A stretch of DNA of 64,000 nucleotides from Takakia lepidozioides (lineage: Eukaryota > Plantae > Bryophyta): positions 57,474,001 to 57,538,000 of the forward strand of contig CM060733.1 in NCBI GenBank assembly GCA_030704615.1. The letters are read 5' to 3'. Below, one piece after another: positions 46,743-62,199 of the stretch. A program made the translations under genes and the position numbers. The notes under the pieces were generated by a model that was given only the letters and a program-made list of their open reading frames with translations, ran no database searches and was not told the DNA's origin. How positions within the stretch are numbered: the first letter of the stretch is position 1; every line of letters begins with the position of its first letter.

Positions 46743-49174
46743 CACCAGTAGTTTAATCTCACAGCTCCTTCATATTTTCATCTTGATATTTGTGGACTGT
46801 ATGTATAGTGGGGGTGGGACAGAAATGTACTTATCGTCAGAGTCTTCTTCCTGTAGGTTTTACCCAGGACAGAGATGAAAGTGTGGATAGTCATATCAGA
46901 GGAGCGAAACTTAGAAGATCTATTAAAGGGAAGGAAAGGCAGCGGGATGGAATCTTGGCCCTTGACCATTTCAGAGTAGTAACATGAAGATGTCATGAGG
47001 AAGAGGTGAAAGTTAGGCAAGCATATATGAAGTGGATTAGGGCTGTACTCTTTGGATGTATATTTATGGTGACATAAGCTGAATTGGACTGTATATGTTT
47101 CATGCTGATGATACTTGAGGGTGATCACAGCCCAGAGTGAGATAAAGCCCTTTGGCAAGTGATTTTGTGTGGTCTTGGAACACAGCTAAAATTCCCTTAC
47201 AGTAACTGAGCATTGGATTTTCACAGTACTAGTGCGCCCTGGTGCATCTCATTACCTGGTCTCTTGAATTGGGTTGGCTGGTTGACGTTTATCATGCTAT
47301 AGTTACACAGTGTCGGAGCAATGGTACATACTCGCAATGTAGCTGTGCAGGGGTGCACTGCCAAATGTACACATTACTTGTCCGGTTCACTTCTTCCCTT
47401 TATGAGAGAGATGCCCTTCGAGAGCACCTGCATATGATGGGAAAGAAGGAATTTCCCACAAAATGGCGTTGATGAGAATGATTCGAAGAACGGCTGGCAT
47501 TGTCAAGACATTTCCTATTGTTCGTACACGCTATCAAGATATTTTACACCGTGAAGCTGGCGTTGAGTTGAGTTTCAAGTTCCCATGGGCAAGATATCAT
47601 ACATAGCAGCTGCAGGCGGGAGACTCTTCAGTATATCTACGATAGATATGGACTTGCAGACTACCTATTCTTGATAAGAAATAGATGGCTCCCTCAAACT
47701 TATAAGATCATGTAGTCATGAGACATGATCGTCGTTGATTTTGTCATAGCCCTCAGGGGCGCTTCGTCGCAGGAAGGGTCGGCAAATTGTTGGAAGAAGC
47801 AATGTTGTCATGCTCGGAGTGCTGATGCATTCTCTAGCTAGTGTGAATTCACACTTCTTGCTTTCAAAACAAGCATTTGGGTGGTTACTGCACTCTTGAT
47901 GGCTGGCTATTGATGTGTTAATGCAGGCCCCATACCTCTCCACATGCCACAGTCAAACTGGAGCCTTTCTAGTTTTTAGATTTACTAAAAATCTTCAAAG
48001 TCTGATGCATGCGAGGAAAAATGCAGGAGAACACCACCCCGTCGAGACATGTTGTGAGATTGGCGCCGTGCACGAAGGACCTAGCCGTAATGATGAAGTT
48101 GGGGACCATGAAAAACGCTATGCTGGAAATCGACCGGTGGAACTTTGCATCTAGCTTGTGCACGTTGCTGCAGACAAGCTTCTAGGCACTGGGCTTAGTG
48201 AGGAGCCCATAAAGAGGGCAGCTTGTTTCAATCCTTGCTTGCATGCATCTGTCTGCACTGATTGTTCAGTTAAAGCTTGGAACGAGCCCAAAAAAGTGTC
48301 CCCATCTGCTGGTTCAACCACTTACAGAACTATGTGGAATCCATCTCCTAGTGCAGACAGGTTCAAACAGACAGAGTGAGCGCAGAGGAGTAGGCTATGA
48401 GCCAATTTTGGTACGACTTATGGCACTTTGTGTCACAAGCTTTGCACATTCTTCTTCCTTCAGCTTTCCACAGTTTCGTCTTTGAACGGACCCATCGTTG
48501 CAGAATTCTTTTGAGGAAGAGGGTGGGGGCTAAACCGATTAGCAATCCTTGAATGTTTACACCATCCCATCGCAAGAAATTCCCAGTTATACAGACTGGT
48601 TGTTGGCGTGTCCAACCAGATCGTTTTGCCCAATAGAACTTCCACTTTCGAAAGCTTCAAATCAACCTCACTTCAGCAAGTGTACAGTGACGGACATCAT
48701 ACATCATTCTGACAGAATAATCAGGAACAGAATGTTGGACAGATGGTAGGGTCCCCATGAGGAATTTACTCTGAGGATGTGGTCAGCACGTGATGGTAGC
48801 GTGGTACAGATTCTTGAGGGATGGCTTCTGGGTTATAGTAAAATGAAACAAAGACTTCGCAGATTGAAAGCGTTAGCCTAACATGTGAACTCATTACATC
48901 GGGCGATTTGTACGGCCGCCACATGGCAGGTTTTGATTGGACGGACCTGTGGAGATGAGCAGGTCTGGTCAGACGTTTGGCCAGATCTGAAGAGGCTGGG
49001 TGGGTATATGTATGTGTGTGTGCAGAGCTTACGGTCTCACAGCAAACAAAATCCATGCTTTGGTTCTTCCAGAGTTTCTCCAGTCCGTATGAGATCGTAA
49101 GATTTTCTGATCTCAAAGGTGGTCCAGAACTGTAAAGCCATCCGAGTGCCTGCATCTGGTGGTGCTGGGATGAG

Positions 49175-52100
49175 ATGAGTTGGAGATGCCATGGCCAGAC
49201 GTACGCCGAACTTGTGTCGAATCTGCAGAGTGGGTCCCTTTTCAATTGTGGTTGATTTTTGTGGATTTTGGGCTGTTTTGCACCTTGCGGCTTTCGAGCA
49301 CAATCTCATCGCCACTTTCCACTGTGGGTTTTAAATCTCATTGCCTTTGCACTTTGCAGTGTCTTTACAGTTAAGTTGGGTGCCACGTACTGTGCGTTTG
49401 ATCCATAGATGATCTTGGAGTCAATGGAAGCGGGATTCTGGTCCTTATTACTCTCCACATTCTTTGGGCGGATCTCTCATTCACATTACCGGAACTTGAA
49501 AACTGAATGGTTTGGATGATGGATTCAGTGTTTCTTTTCTCTCTGACCCTAAATACTTCCCTCTTTGATCTCGCTGTGAAAATGTTTTTATGACTATATT
49601 GCTGGAATCAATACTCTGCTCTATAGTGTAATGACAATGCCAACACTTGAATCAAGATTCAAGCCCGTGTAAACGGATTGTTGAATGCGGTACGCAATTG
49701 CTATGGCGAGTATCATAAAGTGGTGGTTGACAATCCCCCTCTGGTTGGGAAGGGTTAGTATCATGTTAGGATAATACCCTGCGGTGTACGACATAGCCAC
49801 CGGTCAAGGACTGCATCTAACGATTGCATTTGTTCTTTCTCATTCTTTCAGAGATCTTTGCACGATAAGACAGTTGACAAGAGACTAAGAATATGACGTG
49901 GTATATTTATGCAGAACATGGCATTCTCACATCACCAGAGGCAGCAGCAGCCATGTCCAAAATTGACCGGAAGCTCTTTGTGCCTGACGATGGCTCGCCA
50001 TATGACGATGCTCCCCAGCTCATAGGTTTCTCTCTCTCTTTTACAAATACACAAATGGGGTCACTGATAGTGCAAGCACAGCCACATTTGGTACAGCTGT
50101 GCAATCCAGGGGGTAGATGCTCTTTTTTTATCTTATGTTTGACTGGTTTCGTTACTACAGCAATATGTGCCACGTCTTCGTAAGTAGAAATGGATAGAGT
50201 TCCAATCCTGGATTCAAGTATGTCAATGCAAGCTATATATCCTCTCAACTCCTCTCCCAATTATAGAATACCATTTCATCATTTCTCTCTCTACTTCTCC
50301 CACTTTCAAAGTCATGATTTTCCTTTCTCTTTCTCTCCCCCCCCCTCTCTCTCTCTCTCATGGGCTACGGCAAACAACGTCTTATGAGTACATTCTCTCT
50401 CTCATGGGCACACAGACAGGCACACTGGAAAATCTGGAAAGAAAAGGGTTTGTTGATCCCTTTCACAACTCACTCTAGAATCTCCTTGTAAGGGAACTTT
50501 GTGTTATTTTTGGCAAATACATGACTGCCTTCAACCTTGAGGTCTTTAGGGACTAGAACTTGTTCCCTACACCAAGAAAGCTAATGGTGGATGGATGGGG
50601 CTTTGCAGGTTTTGAAGCTACAATATCTGCTCCGCACATGGTATGCAGTTTTGTGTTTAAGGGGCAAAATCAAGTCCAAAAGTTCACTTGAAACTCAACA
50701 GACTTGTGGGCTTCAGTTTTGGGGTGGTCCCCACAGATATATTCCTGTGAAAAGTAGAAGAAAGGGCCAAATTTTGATGGGGCTATATGCCTGATAGAAT
50801 GACAATCTCCCTGCTATGGCTGTGTGCAGCATGGGTACTGTCTCTCTTTGCTGGCGGATTACCTGAAGCCTGGAATGCATGTTCTGGATGTTGGTTCTGG
50901 CTCGGGCTACTTGACAGCTGTCTTTAGCCTGATGGTATTTCCATTTCCTTTCCCTTTCTTCTTTGGGCATGTAGGTGTCATTTTTATGCCGCAATGGGTT
51001 CTGCATAGAAAAGTACAACGGACAGATGCAAGTGAAAATAGAGACAAGCAACATCACTTGTGGGGGCTCAGCACTGTGGAAAAGCAAAATTGGTGTGCTC
51101 ATCTGCATGACCTGCACTGTCCTGCCCAATACGTCACTCCCTGAATGCATGTCATTGTGACTGCACAAGTGAATGTGTAGCCTTGTTCAAGAAAATGTAT
51201 AGTTTCACTTCACGAATGTTATTCCCATTGTTATACCCATGACCTTCACGTGTTTGAAGTGTGGTCCCGAAGGAAGCTAGGCAGATGCATCCACCATATG
51301 CATGCTACATATGGCCACCGTGGCAATTGGTGGCAGAAGCAACAACGATTGCCTTGCTAAAGACTCGCATGCTGTAGGGCTCGATATTCTTGGATAACTC
51401 ATTTGGTGTGCACTGACGTTCAATTTGTGTTCTCACTCATAGCTGCGCCACCCTCTTTGCAGGTTGGGGAGGCAGGAAGGACAGTGGGAGTAGAGCACAT
51501 CCCAGAGCTTGTTGAGCGGTCGCTTGATGCCATCAAGCAAACACCTGCAGGATTTCTCCTTGGCACTGGCCGTCTCAGCATTCATGGTATTTTACCTACC
51601 CAAGAAACACTGAGGTGGCTCGTATGTGAACTTGTGTTCCTTCCTCCAATCGTTCCCTCTTTTTTTCTGGAAGACTATGACCACAAGCTGCTATAAAGCT
51701 CAGGTTTATCAGTATATTTTCTTCACTCTTCTGTTTGGCTGAGTTCATAAGCTTGACTTAACAGGTTGTGGAGTTTCAGCTTAGACTCAAATGAAACTAG
51801 TCTCGTCTTTGCTGGCGAGACACAAAGTCTTAGATAAATGGGTTGTCACTGATTGTGCTTTCCTCATTGACGTCAGAACAGAAAGCATCATGCTGTTTCC
51901 AGCACTGCTGATTTAGGCCTCTCTATCTCACCACAGATGTCACATTGTACCATGGTGGCACTGCCAACCACACTACAGAGATGTATTTGCCTGCAGCTTT
52001 AAATAATCACAATGATTTGTATTTTTAAGAAGGAATGTTAAGGCCGTCTGGAGCCAACATAAATGAATTTCGTAGTGCTACTTGCCAATGAACCTGATGT

Positions 52101-53104
52101 TGGTTTGTACTGAATCTTATTTTGGGAAGCGGATATTGTGCAGTGGCTGATGGCAAGAATGGATATTCAGATGGAGGACCCTATAATGCCATCCATGTGG
52201 GAGCTGCAGCAGCAGGTAGGCACCAAAGTTTTGTGCTCTTTCAAGTGGCAGGTCAGTTCTCACTATCCTTCAGTCAGATTGTTTCATGGGCTCTCATCTT
52301 CAGTGTTTGAATGATGTATTGGAATGGTTGTATCAATTACCAACAGAGATGCCAGAGGCGCTTGTGGATCAACTCAAGCCTGGTGGCCGCATGGTGATCC
52401 CAGTTGGGAAAACCTCCCAGGTGGACTGTCCCCTCTCCCCTTCGGAATTTGTTTTTGGCCCCAGAGGTCCTTCGTGCCCCCCTGTGGAAATCTTTCTCTC
52501 TCTAAAGTACCATTTCATTTCTCTCTTCTTGGATCTACAACTTAGTTCCGTGGTGCCTAGTGTGATGTTCTACATGTGTCTTTGGGCCTCCTTTGGACGT
52601 AGTAAATTTGTCTTGTTCTCTCCCCTCTCTCTTGTTGTCCCAGGTCTCAAATCAAGACTCCACCTTCCTGTCCCAATTTATCATTAGCTGTGTGCAAGTT
52701 CTTCCATGTTTCAAGCCCAGTTGCACCCGGAGTAGTAAAATATCCCAGCTTTAGAGTATGTCTGTGCCAAAAGATACTAATTGATAACTCAGACCTCCAT
52801 GCAACTCGAGGATCCGCTTTTCTAGAGCCTCATTTCCGTAATGTGTTGGAAAATTCTGTTGCATAGAGCCCCTCCATTTTGGGTGACCATCTTCGTGTGT
52901 GGCAAAATTTCTCAGCCAATAATGCTCAATTTTCCGAGATTTAAGTTTTTCTTCCCTTCTTGAACCCTCTTGAATGAGACGGTGCATTTTGATGAAAACT
53001 ACACCTTTGGACCAGTGCAGGACCTTGTTATTGTGGAGAAGCTACTTGATGGATCAATAAAAAAGACTGTCGAGATGGGCGTGCGCTACGTACCTCTTGT
53101 CTGA
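49175..53104 (+). CDS. PIMT: Protein-L-isoaspartate O-methyltransferase, 8 exons
   Basis: [18 protein letters not shown] (49175-49229) | KHGILTSP..IG | [10 protein letters not shown] | [17 protein letters not shown] | [16 protein letters not shown] | [15 protein letters not shown] | [16 protein letters not shown] | DLVIVEK..VRYVPLV* (53021-53104). Confidence 0.92.
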
Positions 53105-53929
53105 CCCACTTGCTCTTTGCATACAAAATGTGCCAGTTGGGGTTGGGTCTCGAATGGTACCAAATTTCCCACTGATTTCTGTATAGAGATTTGCCTCTGA
53201 TTAATTTGGACTTCCCCTGGTCAATAAAGGCATGGTCCGTAACCTTGCAGCACAACCTCTCTTACATTCCTGCTGACTGTCTCTGTCCTACTTGTCCCGT
53301 GGGCCTCTGAGCCTGGCAGTGTAATAAATTCTTGTTTCTGGGGATGCTATTAAGTTTCCTTTCCCTTTCTTTCCCCTTCCTCCTTCCTATCCCCTGAGCA
53401 ATAGTTGCTTTAGGCTGCTTGTGGGGGGCCCCTCCCTCTTTCTTGTTTCTTTCTTCCTCTTGTCCCATAAGCTCTTTGAGCTTCCCGCGGGCGTTTGAAG
53501 TACCATTTCATTGCATTTCTTTCTTGTTTTCTACTTTCCTTTGTGCAATAGGATCTTTGGGCTTCCCATGGATTTTATAAAGTTTATTGTTTCTTTCTGC
53601 CACACACATATGCAGTCAATCAACAGTGGTCAATCAACCCTAATACTGCATCCTGTTGATTGTTGAACTCCATGGCAATCTCAGTACAGTTCCTATCTCT
53701 CTCATTCTCTCTCACACACACATGTCATACCTGCTTTGGCTGTCCCCTTAAGTCAAGAGCTGTAAGGTTACTTCACAGGCAATGTTCCTGAGGAACAGCC
53801 ACCATGAGTGTGTGAGCGTCTCACTTCTCTGGGCCCTTTGGGCCTGAAAGAACTTCTCTCACTCTTTTCCTCTGTGTCTCTCTTTGTGGTGCGGGGAGCC
53901 TACCTTTGAACAAGAAACAGATGCAGAGG

Positions 53930-54070
53930 GGAAAAGAAGGAGATGGTTATGCCCAATGTGCGGGCAACCTCAAGACAATATCCATTTTCTGATACATTGT
54001 CCGGGGTATTCTCACCAGAGAGTGACATTCTTCAGGAACAGCAAGAACGGGATTCCTGTTCACAAACTTT
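53930..54070 (+). mobile_element. Small LINE C-terminal Zn-finger remnant
   Basis: WLCPMCGQPQDNIHFLIHCPGYSHQR (CxxC..H..C). Confidence 0.4.
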
Positions 54071-55979
54071 GAAAATCTTGAGACAGAGACTAAAGCCCTG
54101 GCCCTGTTGGGTCTAACTTTTGGGCTGCTCACACAGTGGATTGATGCTTGTGAAGAGGGCTTTCTAGAGGATATGGGGAAAGCCCGAACTAATTGTTTAT
54201 ATATCAAGGTAGGTCGCACTACTGGAGTGAGCCCCTCACAAAGGTAGTGCCTCTTCCCTATGTTTCCGTCCAAACTGGGCACAGGGTCTATGGTCACAGG
54301 GCTACGTCTTATGAGTATTCTTAGTGATGCTTTGTTGGCTCTGTCCCTTAAAATGGCAAATCTGGTCAACTGTCCTTACACCATGTCAAGACTGTTATTG
54401 GTCCGAAAACATCCCTTGGTGTCTGTTGTGCTGAGTCATGCCAATTAGAAAATGAGCAATTACAATGTGTGTATAGTGAAATAACATAAGATCTAGTAGA
54501 AACTATTTAGAACACTAACTACACCTCACTTTTGCCGCAATCAACAGAGCCTTCGCTGTTTGCGGCTTGCTGCATTAGGCCATTCGAAGCAGTGACTCTC
54601 ATATTGAGCAGACCATCAATCTTGGCCATTAATGAAGCTGAGGTTTAGAAAAACATGGCTCCTCAAATGTGAGATCTTTCGACCAGGGAACCTGCTGTCC
54701 GGAGAGAGCACCTGGGGCTATGCAATTGTAGTGCCCAAAGAAGATGGTTGTGCATACCCCGCGACCTCTCAAATTTCAGAAACAACAGTCATAAAATTTT
54801 GATTTCTGTATGTTTGCAACAGACAAACATCAGAGATATTAACAATTGCACTTTATTGCATTGGCTATTGTTGAAGTTTGAATGCCTTTCAGCAGAGGAT
54901 TGGACTCAGCCAGATACCTGGAAATTTTCCAGATAATGATGGAGTTTGTCTCTGAACATCACATAGGGTCATGTTTATTTCACAAATCTAGATATTTTGT
55001 GTCTTGAGTGAAACGATAAGAGAATGAAAAAGCATTCTAGAATTTATGGAGGGTATTCAAAATTTTTGAGGAGTCCAGTTATTTTTTCTAATTGGCTTGA
55101 GTATATAGCCTTGAATGCATCCCAGTCAATTTCATGCAAAGATTAATTCTCCTATTGCTACCCACATCAAATGCCCATGTTTTGGTGTCGATAACTACTT
55201 TTAGCCATTGCTACTGCCTATACTTTTAATTTTAACTTGACACGAAAAGCAGCAAAGTCTAACAAGCAAATATATTTCATCCAACACCAAAATCGATGTA
55301 TTCCATCCATTGTATCCAATGTATTCCATACATTGGTCCCGTAAAAATCTGGTCCCGTGACATGCGGGGAGAACCATTGCATAGTCTCAGAAAGCGATTG
55401 CAGAATCAGATTTCCGGCCCCTTACTGCGATTAATCCTTCCCCTATCAATTAGCTCCACATCATCAGGATTCACCACAAGGAAGAGGCTCGTAGGATCTG
55501 TGATAGTGTCAACGGCGTCGAGGCCTTCGACATCATATTCCTCATCGTCATTTGGTGCCTCAATTATCTCATTGGCTACCTGAGCCTCACCAGCGACCTG
55601 AGCCTCATTGGCTACCTGAGAAAGATCAGGAATTACATACCACTAGAACATCCGGGGACGGCAACAACCATCAATTTGAGCCATTTACTGATTGTTTTCA
55701 CTCCAACACGAACTTGGCTATACCACTGCAACCAATTACCACAACACACAAGCAATTAAAATTAGCTAACCACAAATCCAATCAGCCTATATCAATATAT
55801 GAAGCGAGATACTTTGTTTGCTTGTTTGTTTTGTAGCGTTGAGATGTCCCAAACTGCGGGGCTCCAGCCCTGGTGGTGGTACCGCTGGAAAGCCCTCGAT
55901 GAGGAGGGGTGCACCGGCTTGGTCTCATGATTTTTGGACATGCGGTGTGGGAGATGTCAAATTTCAAGTACTTTTGCTC

Positions 55980-56400
55980 GAAATTCGTGAAAAAGAGCAA
56001 AGTGGGCTTTTTACAGATAGGCTAATAATCGCTAGAGCCTTCTTCCTCCGACCGATCCTTGTTTGCTTGGAATTCGATATCCATCGGCATTTGGCTCAAC
56101 TACATGTATGAGCTCATCTCTCTCTAGCAAATTGGATAGACGGAATTTTCATGAGCTATAATTGGACTCTCCTCCCAGTTTGGAGCTTTCCGACATGTTG
56201 CTCTCCCCATGGGCCATATTGACTCAAGGAAACTTAGAATACTCCGAAGAGTTCTACTAACAGTGTCAGCTTCTAAGAGAACCTATCAACTGACATGCTC
56301 TGATACCATGTAGAGGATCGTGAAGGAGAACTGAGATGTCCGAAGTTGCTATTGATTAAACTCGAAGCATATATAATATACTAATCCTAAGTCTAAGAGA
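55980..56400 (-). mobile_element. Copia remnant: LTR end, PBS and gag N-terminus
   Basis: GCTCTGATACCA at 56297-56308 (PBS on the minus strand) abuts TG at 56309. Downstream minus-strand sequence reads like gag (SNYSS*KFRL). Confidence 0.6.
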
Positions 56401-59023
56401 GCCAGGAAGCACAACTCAGTTCATGATTAACTACTGGCGACTGGCGGAGTGGAGGTTCCGTAGTGTGTGAGCATGAGCACAGGGGCATATTCCCCGAATT
56501 TCCGTGAAATTTCCACAACGAAACAAAATTGGTGAAACTAACAATTATGCAAAACTAAAACATAAAGAACAAGTAGCCCCTATACCTGATGAACATGTTA
56601 CCCTATAGGCGTGGCTTTTTCTCCATAACAAGCGCGAGAGTGGGCTTCACCTCAAATTTAAGGTCCTCACCCATGGATAATGTCGCACGGCGAAACTAGC
56701 TTGAGAAGAAATCACACTATAGCTAAAATGATGAACAAGTCACTTTTAAAGCCCCAACCCATTCATTTTGGATGTGGGATTGTTGGGTGATGGGATTTCG
56801 TATAGAAAGTTTCGACTGAAGCTATACCACTAAAGGTTTCTTAATGCAAAACCCACCGCTGCTTAGGTTTGTGCCCATATCACATATCATTTCTCAGTGC
56901 GAAATTCACCGTCGCCACTATAGGTTTAGGGTTTCTGGCTACAGCCTCGCTGAACTGGCGCAGATGTACCATACAAATGCACCAATCCTCTATACCCGCT
57001 TATGGTTTTATTCCGTTTTAAAAACAAATAACTTCTATGACCGAGGTTTAAAAACAAAACTCCCATGACCATGGGTTGTGCTCACGCGAGTGTGAGCGTG
57101 CTGGATACCAACCGCCGCGGAGTGGTCCTCTAAATTAAGCTACTTCACATACTCACTGGAGCTATTGATCTATCCTTCTACATTCTTGAGTAGACAACAT
57201 ACCGATCATTACAAACCAATCTTCTTAGACCGTTACAACCATCAAGCCATCAAATTTGTAGCCCTAATCGTTTATGATTTGTTGAAGGACTGATGGACAT
57301 GGAGTGAATTTCAAAGCCAACATAACCTTCGTATCAACCAATCCCAATCTACAAGATGCATGAAGTGTGAGAAACCGAAACAAGGGATTGTTCTCTCCAG
57401 AGAGTGTGGTGCCTCAAAAGTTGGTTCTAGACTCATACAACAAGCCAAAGGGCAATTGGCTCTCTTGCTTTGCTTTGGCACAGAGGAAGTTAAATTAGGG
57501 AGCATGACTCAGCACAACACACCAATCAGCACCTTGACACGGTGTAAGGTACTTTGACCACATTTTTTCCATTGACTTGCATGTCTCCACAAAGTCTCTC
57601 TCTACAAATTGAGCCAATAAATAGATGTGAGTCGGGCTCTTGGAAATTGTAAGCGTAGAGGTGTAAAATTACGTACACATGCTGAGGCAGTTATGTGTAG
57701 AACATCCATATTTTCAGAAAGCATCGACTAAGAACTTTATTTCGAAAGAAGACATACGGACAGGAAAGGCAACCAACATTTTTAAACTTAACCCCTCCAC
57801 AAAACAAGGCATCTGCACCTGTTTTCCTGCTCTTTGACATAACACATGACGATGAATCGGAGTCGGATCCAAAATGGCTAGTGTGTGAAATCTGGATTCT
57901 AATGATCAAGGCCCAACAGGCCGGTCAACCACACACCGGACCACGTTTGGCCTTTGAAATTCTTCATGCATTAGCCTACTGGTCACTGCCATCCCCTTCC
58001 CTGCCTGTACACAAAATAACACACAGTGAACCTCCAAAGACCGAGATGTCATCCAAAGCCTTGACACAAGCTTTCAGAATATAATTGGTTCGTATGAGTA
58101 CACGACATCACAAAGGCCGCAGTACAACTCGACCATTTGCACTCTTTTTGTATTTCTAAAAAAATTAGTTCTTCATGTACAAAGGATCTAAAGCTACCGT
58201 ATCTGGAGGCCTAGATCCAGAAATAGATTATAGAACTTTTTGTTGCAAAACCATCGTATGTACCGTGTATGTATGCATCTATAGCCGAGGTGAAAGAGAC
58301 TAGTTCCTTCTTGCCGTCACACACAGTGCGAAACACAAGTTCTAACATATCACGATTACGCTCGCACTCAACTCTTCATGCTTGACTGTTCCATGCCAAC
58401 ACAATGGCCGTCCCAGGTTCAAATTACAGTGAAGAACAAACGTGCCCTTGAAATGTCTGCTTCCTCCTCTTGCACCTGCATCCGTAGATACAAACTCCAA
58501 AACTCCTCGTATACAAATTCGACACTCAGAATCTCTAAGATCTTCAATGCAAGCAAGAGACAGCGAGGTGAGGATTCAAAGATTTGCAAGAAGAGGAACA
58601 TCCCTCGAGCACCAAAATCAGATTCCCACGATCGTATCGCGACACGATGGAATGCGTGACGAGAATCTTCTGCCCTTCCCAGGCTGGCGCCGGTAGCCGG
58701 TTCAGTCGGTTCTGCAGCGACTGGCCAGAGCCAGTCACCAAGCGTGCCATTGGCTGATTGTTAGGTCACAGGGGATGGACCAATGGAACCGTCCATCTCG
58801 CCGTCTGTGTGCGGGAAGAAGGCGGGAATAAAAGAGGGGGAAAGCTTGAGTCCGCCATAGCCAGAGCGCTTCTTTCTTTGCGAGGGCGTCTTCGTATACG
58901 TCTTCCCAAAGAGTAGATCGCTCATTTCCTCTGCACATCCGATAGACTGTTTGATCCAGTTGTTGTTTGATAGTTTCCGATCGCGATCTTGCTGTGTTTG
59001 CTTTCGGTTTCGCAGTTTTCTAG

Positions 59024-60869
<1,846 letters not shown>

Positions 60870-62199
60870 GTAGCCGATGTCTTGATATTCTTGCTAGTCA
60901 GTCACTCACAATGTGCCTGCGCACGGTTTTGAACTCGCGCTTGATGCCGGTATACATTCATTGACTCTTGTGAACTGTGAATTGCTTAAGGCCATTGCAG
61001 GCTAGTACTCCCAGCAGCACAGCGGTTTCACATCACATCATATGAACCTCCCGAGCTTGCCTTAATACTGAAGCGGCCTCGTAATATGAAGTATTTTCTG
61101 TTGACATTTACAACGTGTAAGATCGTAGAAATCTGACACAAGGCCGATTCTCTTGCACATACGCTAACGATGGGATGTTGGTGGGGAAGTACTTTTGAAG
61201 TTACATACCCTCGTTGGTTGGAATTTGTGTACAGAACTCAGTGATTCGAATTGGAAATAACACACTGGAAATTATGACCATGTTCTTAGAAATAAGCCAC
61301 TCGGATTTTTTATATAAGGCGGATCGAGGCGGAAGATGAGCTCTGCGTTTTGCGCCAGCGTCTCTCTTTCAAGCTTCCTCGTACCGATCTGAAGCCCCAG
61401 CGTCATCTCGCCGATCTGTCCTCGCAATCACTCTAAACATCATCACCTTGTCCTCCAGTGTGCATCCAACGTACCCCCCGGCATCACTTTGACCCATCAT
61501 CCCACGCCCCCCTCCCGGAAGCAGCCATCTGGCTTCCAGCTCAGGCTTCATCCTCTGATGAGCCGCTCCCCTTCATCCCTTGTCTGGATCAGACCAGCCA
61601 ATCACCCCTCTCCCCCTTCCATCTACGTTATGTTGCCGTCACCCTCACTAATTACACTTAGGTAGTGGTATCTTGAAGTGTGCTTTTAAGCAGTGTGCAA
61701 CTAATTGCACTAAAGTTAATTGCTTCCTGGTCCAGTGGCCCTCGCAGCCACTCCTCTTCGTCGGCATCACTCTGAGCTTAGCCCTTCGCATTCAGCCCAC
61801 TCAGCGGATTCCAGCTTCTGCCCTCCTCTGGTCGACATTGCAGCTTCCTCTTCGTGCTGCTCAGCACGTCGCCTTTTTTAGTTCATCTCTCATCTATCTC
61901 TCCCTTAGCCTCCCATCACCTTTCTCAGTTTCTTGCCTCCAGCTCCATCCTATCTCAATAGAGCCTTCAAACCTCAAGGTCTGGGCCACCCAGACTAGGA
62001 GAATTTCGCCGCATGCAACCTTCCACAGGTACTGGCTTTTACATGGCGCACCGCGCCTAAGCTATGGGCTTGATCCATCCTCATCCCTCTTCCTCGGAGC
62101 ATCTTCCTTCTGCTATCAACTCCGCTCTAAACTCCTCGTTGCAGCCCACTCTACCTCAGGATATTACCGGAATTTCCATTCCTCAGTGTTCCTCACCCC

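Noticed and set aside
47400-48900. Possible minus-strand gene between the dioxygenase and PIMT
   Set aside because: Some exon-like stretches exist, but I could not build a consistent frame or recognise a domain.
55568-55622. Short CTCATTGGCTACCTGAG tandem repeat
   Set aside because: Three degenerate copies inside a decayed retroelement region, with no evidence of function.
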